Source: Octopus sinensis
Lineage: Eukaryota
Assembly (NCBI RefSeq): GCF_006345805.1
Contig: NW_021824742.1
Span: forward strand, 1-18,912
DNA length: 18,912 bases
Direction of reading: 5' to 3'
Shown: piece after piece, positions 1 through 9,900 of the stretch
Numbering within the stretch: position 1 is the first letter of the stretch
Layout of the letters: every line of letters starts with the position of its first letter
The notes under the pieces: model-generated
What the model was told of the DNA's origin: nothing
The model's input: the letters and a program-made list of their open reading frames with translations, nothing else
The model's database searches: none
Program-made: the position numbers and the translations under genes

Positions 1-986
1 TAATGGTTTCTCAACTGTGGAGATGTTCCCACGAAGTTAAAGTGTGAAAGATAATTCCCGAGTATCACGAAATAATTTAAATTTAAAATCTGAAAAATGA
101 ATTAGAGACTTTGGACATAGTAAAAGAAAAAAGAAAATGCAAAATTGTAAAGGGAAATTATGAATGTCAGATAATTAGAGGTGAAGTAATCTCCCTAACT
201 CAGTCTCGATGGATTTACCTGACATACCAGCTAACACTGTGCAGATATTGCATTTGCACGATATATCTCAAGAGAAACGCACACACCTGCACACATACAG
301 GAAAAAAAAATACAACGCACACTTACTCATAAACACAGATATACAAACACACACACATACACACGCGCACACACATACAAACACACACTCATACGCAGTC
401 ACACACTTATACATACACACACACACACATATATATAGATATGTAGTTGTGTATATATAACATATAACATTTTGCTAATGTCTGTGTCTGAGATAGAAAT
501 GATCACACTTCGCCAAAGGTACGTGTCCCCTGGGTACTTTTTTTCCGTCGAGGGTTCATATGTTCCAGCATTAAACTATTTTCTCTTGTCAACGCACAGT
601 GATCGCTTATAAACTTGAAACTGATGAAATATAATTATTATTTACAGAATTGTCACTTCTCAAATCATCGTAGAAAGCACATGCTTGCTAGTTCAATATA
701 TATATTGTTATACTTGGGGACGTTCATCTTTTGCCAATTAAACACACGCACTGTTTATCTGATCACCACTTTGGCTTTATTATTATTACTTTTAGTTTAT
801 TTATCAAAGTTTTTCCGCCCAAATGTCTCTTCCTGTCCTGCTCATTCCATTTTATGTTTAATTGGCAAATGATGACCGTCCCCAATTATAATAATATTAG
901 TTTCAACACTCGTTTTCACATCACGAAATCTTGCAAAGCAAATGCATAAACGAATCAATATATATATATATATATACAAACACACA

Positions 987-1380
987 AGGAGTGGCTGTGT
1001 GGTAAGTAGCTTGCTTACCAACCACATGGTTCCGGGTTCAGTCCCACTGCATGGCACCTTGGGCAAGTGTCTTCTACTATAGCCTCGGCCCAACCAAAGC
1101 CTTGTGACTGGATTTGGTAGACGGAAACTGAAAGAAGCCCGTCGTATATATGTATGTATGTATATATATATATGTGTGTGTGTATGTTTGTCCACCTAGC
1201 ATTGCTTGACAACCGATGTTGGTGTGTTTACGTCCCCGTCACTTAGCGGTTCGGCAAAAGAGACCGATAGAATAAGTACTGGGCTTACAAAGAATAAGAC
1301 CCGGTGTCGATTTGCTCGACTAAAGGCGGTGCTCCAGCATGGCCGTAGTAAAATGACTGAAACAAGTAAAAGAGGAAAGA
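987..1380 (+). mobile_element. tRNA-derived SINE, family A (CORE-like CCTTGGGCAAGT motif, internal microsatellite)
   Basis: A-box-like TGGCTGTGTGG, B-box-like GGTTCAGTCCC, then GCACCTTGGGCAAGTGTCTTC, internal (TA/TG)n at ~1145-1186, and 3' end GGCGGTGCTCCAGCATGGCC...TGAAACAAGTAAAAGA. Clearly homologous to copies at 3586-4150 and 12535-12949. Confidence 0.9.
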
Positions 1381-1771
1381 GAGTATATATGTATGTATGT
1401 GTGTATGTGTGTGTGTATATATCCATTCAAACACACACACACACACACACACGAACAATTATTCACAACATTGAGGAAAGTACATTTAGCTGAACTGAGG
1501 AGGACTTTGCCGCTCTTAATTTTCTTGCAGTTTACGTTGAGACACTTTCCACTTTCATAACTTCCGAGTTTCTTCAACCAGTTAAGTTTTAAGTCGTTGT
1601 TATTCAGCTCCGTGCTACCTCTTTCTTCGTAATACTCCCCCTCGCTCTCACCACTTCTCTCCACAACCCTCTCAACACGGATAGTTCTTACTTTCTCCTT
1701 CCACATTCCTATATTCCTACAGCGTGACAGAAAACTGAGAAACGAGAAAACAAAATGGGGACAAGCTGCTT

Positions 1772-1873
<102 letters not shown>

Positions 1874-2617
1874 TAGCACTCACAAACAAAATAAAAGATA
1901 AATATATAAAAAATCTACAGACCTAAGGGAGCTAATTCAAATGGGTCAATTACATGAATTTGAATAATAATGTTGGAGGGTGATGTACTAAATGCAGTAC
2001 AGATAAAGAAAGAAAGAAAAAAAAATCCAGCAAAAAGCAAAAAGCAAAAAACAAATCCTTAATATATTTATGCCTCCTTGTATGCTGGAGAACGAACACT
2101 CACCCAGGCGGTAATTGTTAACGAATCTAAAGAAAGCAAATCCAATAAAGAAAAAATTACAATGGCCAAAAAACATACTTAAGTCTTTTTCTATAAGAAA
2201 AAAAGTATCCACAAATTTAGTCTCATTTAAACTGCACTCTGATGACGAGGTCAAATAGACCAAAATATATGCACTTAGTTGTAACTCGCCGGCAAACAAA
2301 GATCACGCTGTGACTTCTTTAAACATGTAAATTAACTTCATAAATTAATTTTTGTTTTTTCATATAAACTTCACTTTTCTTTGAGTGACGCTAGCAATTT
2401 TGCTAAGATTTTATTTTCTTTCTCCACATCAGAAATAAATTTCAATAAATTGAGAATTTATTGCTTACAACATTCACTACATCAACCTTTGCCTTGTATA
2501 AAAATATATTTATGCTTTTTTCTGTTCCATAATATATAATCTATAATATATTGTTGTGTGCGCGCGTGTATTCTTTTAAAAGATGTATATATAAATATAT
2601 TGTTTATAAATGTGTGC

Positions 2618-2668
<51 letters not shown>

Positions 2669-2688
2669 TATATATCTATATAATATAT

Positions 2689-2866
2689 AGGTAAACAGTA
2701 AAAATAATTACAGACATGGACAAGACATGAACACCACAGAGACGACACAAGAACCACAGACGGGACATTCGAGCCCTCAGTCATCAGTCAGAACCAGATC
2801 ATCTTAGCATTTCGCTGTTAATCTTGAGATTGCTCCGATATGGGCAGCCCGCCAAGGAAATCTAAA
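2689..2866. mobile_element. Probable interspersed repeat fragment embedded in (TA)n, tentatively Penelope-associated
   Basis: Island of moderate GC bounded on both sides by (TA)n tracts. Resembles, from memory only, an abundant octopus repeat (GGGACATTCGA...CAGTCATCAGTCA...GATTGCTCCGAT). Family assignment not verifiable here. Confidence 0.35.
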
Positions 2867-2888
2867 TATGTATATATGTATAGATATA

Positions 2889-2929
<41 letters not shown>

Positions 2930-3343
2930 TATATGTATATAAACACATACATACACATGTTGTGTGTGTGTGTGTGTGTATAACAGCTTTCGATGGAGTA
3001 GATTGTGATTATGTGGTAAAATTCAGAGAAATAATATCATGTATTTATTGCAAATATACAATTGTGAAATTTTGTTTTTTTTTATTTAATTTCTATGTTA
3101 AAGTAATAAATATTTTGCTTTTGAAAATTAGCATTCATTTCATTATTTTTTATAAGCATCAGGAAATTTCATAAAACTTGGTTTATAGTTACTGTATATG
3201 AGCCATATTTCCTGGCGAAACTCATGATGGTGGCAAAAGTGTACTTACAAAGTTAGCATTCAGATGGCGGGTAACTCTCAGCAACGAAAACTAAGTTTCA
3301 ATTTGTCTTTTAAATTAAATGAACATGTATACATAGATACATC

Positions 3344-3386
<43 letters not shown>

Positions 3387-3478
3387 TCATTAACAGAGTC
3401 GTCAAGCCAATTCGGACGAAATCCAAATAACAAATGGAAATAATATGAAGAACCAAAATTCTTCAATTTTAGATATAT

Positions 3479-3585
3479 GTACTAGCTACGGCGGTACATA
3501 TTCTAAAATTGGAATGATACAGAGAAGATTAGCATGGCCCCTGCGCAAAGATGACACGCAAATTCGTGAAGCGTTCCATATTTTT
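3479..3585 (+). ncRNA. U6: U6 spliceosomal snRNA, full-length 107-nt copy, probably a pseudogene or retrocopy
   Basis: GTACTAGCTACGGCGGTACATATTCTAAAATTGGAATGATACAGAGAAGATTAGCATGGCCCCTGCGCAAAGATGACACGCAAATTCGTGAAGCGTTCCATATTTTT is collinear with metazoan U6. ACAGAGA box, AGC triad and oligo-T end are intact. Substitutions versus human U6 include A24T, C37T and G71A. No obvious TATA at about -30. Confidence 0.96.
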
Positions 3586-4150
3586 ATAGGCGCAGGAGTG
3601 GTTGTATGGTAAGTAGTTTGCTTACCAACCACATGGTCATGGGTTCAGTCCCACTGCGTAGCACCTTGGGCAAGTGTCTTCTACTATAGCCTCGGACCGA
3701 CCAAAGTCTTGTGAGTGGATTTGGTAGACAGGAACGGAAAAAGGCCCGTCGTATGTGTGTGTATATACATATATATATTATATAATATATATATATATAT
3801 ATATATGAGAATCCTGTCGTATATGTACATATATATATTATATATATATATGATAATATATATAATATATATCTCTATATATATATAATATATATAATAT
3901 ATATATATATGTATGTGTGTGTGTGTGTGTATGTTTGTGTCTGTGTTTGTCCCCCCAACATCGCTTGACAACCGATGCTGGTGTGTTTATGTCCCCGTAA
4001 CCGAGCGGTTCGGCAAAAGAGACCGATAGAATAAGTACTAGGCTTACAAAGAATAATTTCAAGGGTTGATTTCCTCGGCTAAAAGCGGTGCTCCAGCATG
4101 GCTGCAGTCAAATGACTGAAACAAGTAAAAGAATAAAGGAACAAAAGAAT
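3586..4150 (+). mobile_element. tRNA-derived SINE family A, full length, with expanded internal (TA)n
   Basis: Begins ATAGGCGCAGGAGTGG directly after the U6 T-run. Same head, body and tail as 987-1380. About 180-bp internal TA-rich expansion (3752-3934). Tail AAAAGAATAAAGGAACAAAAGAATA. Confidence 0.92.
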
Positions 4151-4230
4151 ACCTTTAGCGAACATGCAGTCTAATCACGTGCCACTGGCTTCTCTGAGTT
4201 ATTTACTCACTTCATTTTTGATTTATTTAT

Positions 4231-4280
4231 GCGTCTGTATACGTAGCGTCTGTATACGTAGCGTATGTATACGTAGCGTA
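4231..4280. repeat. 15-bp tandem repeat (GCGTCTGTATACGTA) x3.3
   Basis: Units at 4231, 4246, 4261 (one C>A change), partial unit at 4276. Confidence 0.95.
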
Positions 4281-4669
4281 TTTTGCTGGTGACAGCGTCG
4301 GGCAAGTGATGTGCTGATGACGTCTTTTGCGGCAGAAACATGTGACACAGTGTCTTTACGTCAAAATATTTCGATCAAACGTAGCAGAAGTTATGGTAAT
4401 AGTTATTGAAGTTATAGTGCCTATATTCAATTGTAGATATTATCTACTGAATCATATGTTTTTAGTTTACATATGATAGTATATACAAAATACTGAGATA
4501 GCAACATCAATGAAGGGACACTGTACCATCCAGAAAAAGGAGTTGCCATGGTTTCCGAAAAGGTGACAAATAAGCTGCTATTATTCTCAGAATATCTTTT
4601 CAAAAGTGAAAAGAAATCACAATATGTGATTAATTAAGCGTTTAATTCCTATATTTGTCCATTATTAAT

Positions 4670-4978
4670 GGAGGCGCAATGGCCAGTGGTTAGGGCAGCG
4701 GACTCGCGGTCGTAGGATTGCGGTTTCGATTCCCAGACCGGGCGTTGTGAGTGTTTATTGAGCGAAAACACCTAAAGGGTCTCGAGGCTCCTGCAGGGGT
4801 GGTGGCGATCCCTGCTGTACTCTTTCGCCACAACTTTCTCTCACTCTTTCTTCTGTTGGCCTGTTCGCTTAGCCAGCGGGGTGGCGTCATTTGAAGGCTA
4901 AAAAACAATGCGAAGCGCATTGTGACCAGCGATGTGTAGCAACATCTGATAGCCTGGTCGGTCACGGTGATCACGGTG
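4670..4978 (+). mobile_element. tRNA-derived SINE family B (OK/OR-like head) with 17-bp target site duplication
   Basis: A box TGGCCAGTGG, B box GGTTTCGATTCCC, tail (TCACGGTGA)x2. Perfect TSD ATTTGTCCATTATTAAT at 4653-4669 and 4979-4995. Confidence 0.93.
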
Positions 4979-6343
4979 ATTTGTCCATTATTAATAACTA
5001 AAATTTACAGTTGAAAGGTATATAACCCAATTTTAAAAGTAAGCAACTTTGAATTAAAATTTGAGTTGTCAACTTGTTTACAATTTGTGAATTACTGGCC
5101 AAAACATTCAAATATAATAACTTTGGAGGAAACAAAACTATACAAACTCAAACCTTAAAAACCTAGGTGTGTGAAAGCGTTCGGTTATAGTAGAGATTTG
5201 TGAAATAGGCAGAAAGCACAGAAGTTAATAGGGACGAACAAAGAAATATGACTTTAGGATCTTTTTCAATGCGATAAGAATGTAAAAGAAATAATTAGCG
5301 TTCGAAACTGAATCCTATCTCTTCCACTACCTTTTGCTTTCTCGCAGGCACCATGACAGCTTTTTAAGTTGCTCGGCTTATAATTCATGCAAACTCTGTA
5401 GTTCTAAATTTAGATTCGCACGCTTGTTGTGAATGCAAACTTTCCTTGTAATAAAATCATGTGTTATACTAACAAACAATATATAAATCTGCACTACAGC
5501 AATATCATTCAGTATATATTTGTTTACATCACGTTTAAACTAGCATAATATCGCCAGTCATAAAATATTTGTGTTCACGTCATCAATTGTACAAAAAAAA
5601 TCAATATTTCTCTCTTGCTTTGCTGATTTGAACATTCTACCTGCTGTTGGGTGTTACTAGATAGCGGAGAATCAATCATGATTTTCTTTATATTTTAATA
5701 TCTCTGACCATGCATATTAATCGCATTTCTATCTTTTATTCTTTGATTTGACACTGTCAGTGTGAAGTCTTTCATCAACGAATGCATTGTTTATTTTAAT
5801 CAATTTTTATGCTGAATACTCGAAAGCAGGAGGTGAGATGTAAAGATTTCGAATCTTAGTCATATTTTAATCGTTGTAAGTGAATCATACCAATATCTGG
5901 AATATTTAGATACTTCTAAACAAATCGAATCGAATCAATAACAGCTGCAAATTGCAATTAACTGTTTGTATTACTAAAGTAGCATACAGAATAATGACTA
6001 AATAATAACTGGAATGTTCGCAATGTTTTAAAATCTGTTGGCTAACACATTAATTATATTCAAAATAATAGAGGCTATCAACTATAATTAGCACAGCAAG
6101 CAAATTATTATACTTTTCAAAATTATGAAATCCGAATATTTCCCATCTCTTTGGCATCTAAAGCTTGTTTTGATGTCAAAGACATAAGGAAATATGTGGT
6201 TGTCATCTCAAGGAATAATTTTGGATTGTGTACGCAGGTAGAAATAACTAATACTTTCTATTTATGTTGGGCTCGTAAGTGGATGAAGTGGAATCGAGCG
6301 CGAGAGAAACTACTGGTGGGTTTTCAATTGTGTCTGTTTGTCT

Positions 6344-6376
<33 letters not shown>

Positions 6377-6487
6377 CATTCTCTTATATATTTTAACATC
6401 TCTTCTCCATTTTAGCCAAATTTTTGAATTTTATGGGATTTCTTTCCATAAATTCACAACATATCTTATGCAAGCATATATATATAA

Positions 6488-6820
6488 TTTCTTTTCTTGT
6501 ATTTGTTTCGATTATTAGACAGCGGCGTTGCTTATGCACCGTCTTGAAGATTTTTTTTAAAGTCTGGTACCTATTCTATTGGTTTCTTCGGCGAACCGCT
6601 AAGTTACAGGGATGTAATCATACCATCACCAGTTGTTAAGCACGCGCGCGCACACACACACATGCAATGAATTTCATTCAGTTTCCGTCCCACCAAATCC
6701 TTTCGTAAGGTTTTGGTGGGCCCGAGGCTATAGTACAAGACATTCACCCAAAATACCATGCAGTTGGACTGAACTCGGAACTATGTAGTTGGAAAGCAAA
6801 CTTCTTATCGCACAGCCAGG
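6488..6820 (-). mobile_element. Diverged SINE family A copy
   Basis: Reverse complement aligns with head (GGCTGTGCG...GAGTTCAGTCC), body (CTATAGCCTCGGGCCC...GATTTGG) and tail (TTAGCGGTTCGCC...GAAACAAAT) of family A. Confidence 0.8.
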
Positions 6821-7121
6821 CATACATACATATATACATACATACATGCGTACATACATACTTACATAATACATACATACATACATACATACATACATAC
6901 ATACTACATACATATAGATGTAGACATCCATAGTAGAAATGCAAACATGTCAATTTTCTCTACCTCTCCGTAGATTTTCTACCCATACCGGATTTCATAA
7001 GAAGTGCCTCATCTCGTGACCAATCTCAGAGAAACAAAGTAGCCAATCTGTGTTTATTTACACACAAAATCTAGTGGCTTTTATTCCTTGGAGTTACTAA
7101 TTACCAATTTATCACTCCCAG

Positions 7122-7229
7122 GCTTGATTCCACATCATGCAACAAGCAGGCGCAGAATGACCAAATGTCGAAGAACTTCGCTCTGCGACTACTGCATGCC
7201 ATCTTCAGCGTCGAGTTAACACTTAAGTT
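7122..7229 (+). CDS. Candidate 108-nt coding exon (phase 2-2): xLDSTSCNKQAQNDQMSKNFALRLLHAIFSVELTLKx, product unknown
   Basis: Branch-like CTAAT, acceptor ATCACTCCCAG|G, donor TT|GTAAGT. Exactly one frame is open and the length is divisible by 3. GC is higher than in the flanks. No confident homology. Confidence 0.4.
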
Positions 7230-7347
7230 GTAAGTGTAATTAGGTGGGCGACACTAAGCCATACTAATTGTACTTGAGAATTAGGGTTCTGTGTGTGTGT
7301 GTCGTGCGCGTGGTGTGTGTGTGTGTGTGTGTGTGTGCGTGTATTAC

Positions 7348-7600
7348 TTTGTGATTGGATTTGGCAGATGAAAACTGAATGAAACCCCTAGTATATACGT
7401 TTTTGTGTGTCACTGTAGTGGAATTTTTTTCTCCCCTGCCACAGCTTGACAACCGGTGTTGGTGTGTTTTATCTCTGTTGTCTTAGCGGTTCAGCAAAAC
7501 GGTTGTAAATAAATGAGTACCAGGTTTCAAAATGAAAGAAGTATTGGGGATGGGATTCGTACGTCTAAAATGGCTGAAACAAATAAAAAATAGAAGAGAT
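7348..7600 (+). mobile_element. 5'-truncated diverged SINE family A
   Basis: TTTGTGATTGGATTTGGCAGATGAAAACTGAA...GCTTGACAACCGGTGTTGGTGTG...TTAGCGGTTCAGCAAAA...GCTGAAACAAATAAAA matches family A body and tail. Confidence 0.8.
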
Positions 7601-7653
7601 ACACGTGTGGTGTGTGTGTGTGCATGATCTCATTAACTACAATTATATGTAAA

Positions 7654-7830
7654 CACGCACGCACACACACACATGCAATGAATTCATTCAGTTCCGTCCC
7701 ACCAAATCCTTTCGTAAGGTTTTGGTGGGCCCGAGGCTATAGTACAAGACATTCACCCAAAATACCATGCAGTTGGACTGAACTCGGAACTATGTAGTTG
7801 GAAAGCAAACTTCTTATCGCACAGCCAGGC
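7654..7830 (-). mobile_element. Duplicated 5' half of the minus-strand family A SINE
   Basis: Copy of 6641-6820 produced by the tandem duplication; lacks the 3' tail. Confidence 0.8.
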
Positions 7831-7890
7831 ATACATACATATATACATACATACATGCGTACATACATACTTACATAATACATACATACA

Positions 7891-7922
<32 letters not shown>

Positions 7923-8129
7923 GATGTAGACATCCATAGTAGAAATGCAAACATGTCAATTTTCTCTACCTCTCCGTAGATTTTCTACCCATACCGGGAT
8001 TTCATAAGAAGTGCCTCCATCTCGTGACCAATCTCAGAGAAACAAAGTAGCCAATCTGTGTTTATTTACACACAAAATCTAGTGGCTTTTATTCCTTGGA
8101 GTTACTAATTACCAATTTATCACTCCCAG

Positions 8130-8237
8130 GCTTGATTCCACATCATGCAACAAGCAGGCGCAGAATGACCAAATGTCGAAGAACTTCGCTCTGCGACTAC
8201 TGCATGCCATCTTCAGCGTCGAGTTAACACTTAAGTT
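8130..8237 (+). CDS. Identical duplicate of the candidate 108-nt exon
   Basis: 100% identical to 7122-7229 with the same splice signals; lies in duplication copy B. Confidence 0.3.
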
Positions 8238-8355
8238 GTAAGTGTAATTAGGTGGGCGACACTAAGCCATACTAATTGTACTTGAGAATTAGGGTTCTGT
8301 GTGTGTGTGTGCGTGCGCGTGTGTGTGTGTGGTGTGTGTGTGTGTGCGTGTATTA

Positions 8356-8608
8356 CTTTGTGATTGGATTTGGCAGATGAAAACTGAATGAAACCCGTAG
8401 TATATACGTTTTTGTGTGTCACTGTAGTGGAATTTTTTCTCCCCTGCCACAGCTTGACAACCGGTGTTGGTGTGTTTATATCTCTGTTGCTTAGCGGTTC
8501 AGCAAAACGGTTGTAATAGAATGAGTACCAGGTTTCAAAATGAAAGAAGTATTGGGGATGGGATTCGTACGTCTAAAATGGCTGAAACAAATAAAAAATA
8601 GAAGAGAT
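8356..8608 (+). mobile_element. Duplicate of the 5'-truncated family A SINE
   Basis: Copy of 7348-7600 within duplication copy B. Confidence 0.8.
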
Positions 8609-8660
8609 ACACGTGTGTGTGTGTGTGTGCATGATCTCATTAACTACAATTATATGTAAA

Positions 8661-8907
8661 CACGCACGCACACACACACGTATATATATACACACACGTA
8701 TATATACACACATATATATACACACATATATATACATATACATGCATACACGCTTACATACATACCTACATACATACATATACACATATACATACATGCA
8801 TACATGCTTACATACATACATATGCACATATACGCACATATGTATAGACACATATATATACATATACATACATACATGCTTACATACATTAATACATGCA
8901 TGCATAC

Positions 8908-8950
<43 letters not shown>

Positions 8951-9057
8951 TTCATACATAAATACATACATACATACATACATACATACACACACGCATA
9001 CATACATGCATACACATACATACATACATACATACATACATACATACATACATAAAT

Positions 9058-9095
<38 letters not shown>
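8661..9095. repeat. Compound (CA)/(TA)/(CATA)n microsatellite field
   Basis: About 430 bp of alternating purine-pyrimidine repeats; source of several spurious ORFs. Confidence 0.97.
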
Positions 9096-9096
<1 letters not shown>

Positions 9097-9617
9097 GCAT
9101 TCATACATATTCACATACGGATTTATGTTTGAATAATGAGTCCAAATCGCCATTATATAACATCTGAATGAAGGAAGAATAAATCGTAATTTGCGTGGAC
9201 ATATTGAATTATTTATTGCAATGTGTTTCATTGTTGCAAATGGCAATGGAGTCGTTATAATACGCTAGAAAAACCATTATATAATACAAATATCTTGTAG
9301 AGGCTACTGACCTATATTTCTGCCATTCTTTCGTTATTCAGAGAGGAAATTATGATAGAATAGCATATCAAAAATTCGTGTTGTTTATGAAACTGATAAA
9401 ATATGGAAGTCTGTAATTCGACTATATATTTCGAGTGTTGGTTGAACGCCAACAAGCGTTTGCCACATGGTCTATACAGGAGTTAAAAACGGTATCATTT
9501 TATAGATCTCTATAGGAATACGCAAGAAACAGACGATATGGAAAATTTCATAAAACTACACACACACATACCGACGCAAACACTGAGTATTCCAATACTA
9601 ACAGTTATACTTGCCCT

Positions 9618-9712
9618 GAGCGGAGGGAAGAGAGGAGCGGAGATAGGAGGAGAGAGGGGGAGGGGGAGGGAGAGAGAGGGAGAGAGAGAGAGAGAGAGTA
9701 GTAGTAGTAGTA
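9618..9712. repeat. Homopurine (GA/GGA)n tract followed by (AGT)n
   Basis: Nearly pure A/G run, then AGTAGTAGTAGTAGT. Confidence 0.9.
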
Positions 9713-9900
9713 AACCATACTTAGGTACTATCGACAAGGGCAGGTTTGATTTACATATTACAAGTACAGAAAATGAAGATGACAGAAATGTGTCAATCGT
9801 GAATTACAGGGAAAATGAGATGAATTTCATCAGTCTGTATGTGAAGTAGGCAAAAGTGCACAAATTATGTAGTAATTCTCTAATGGAGTTGTAACACAAA

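Larger units (their letters stand above)
6641..8660. repeat. ~1.01-kb direct tandem duplication (copy A 6641-7653, copy B 7654-8660)
   Basis: Near-identical blocks read base by base. Junctions fall in CACGC(A/G)CGC(AC)n tracts. Differences are mostly 1-bp indels and microsatellite length changes. Confidence 0.95.

Noticed and set aside
1320-1706. 128-aa minus-strand ORF (MWKEKVRTIRVERVV...)
   Set aside because: No recognisable family. It runs through a (TG)n tract into a SINE, and the E/R/G bias reflects a purine-rich stretch.
2469-2492. Minus-strand 24-nt segment AKVDVVNV resembling the ASF1 N-terminus
   Set aside because: The similarity stops after 8 residues and no further ASF1 sequence is present; likely chance.
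2762-2792. Hammerhead-like CTGATGA...GAA on the minus strand (other CTGATGA at ~2237, 4315, 10779, 16444)
   Set aside because: No proper stem II closed by G-C followed by GAAA, and no stems I/III with an NUH site.
4510-4562. KELPWFPK resembling the aromatic amino acid hydroxylase PWFP motif
   Set aside because: No following RxIxxLD...GxELDxDHPGF; weak splice context.
4670-4745. Possible tRNA gene
   Set aside because: Has A and B boxes but continues into a SINE body and tail with a TSD; it is a SINE head. The same holds for the other tRNA-like heads.
4690-4974. 94-aa minus-strand ORF
   Set aside because: Entirely antisense to the TSD-flanked SINE.
8573-9246. Long ORFs (160-198 aa) rich in Y/I/H/T/C/V/M
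   Set aside because: Translations of stop-free (CA)/(TA)/(CATA)n microsatellites; the same applies to most ORFs in the track.
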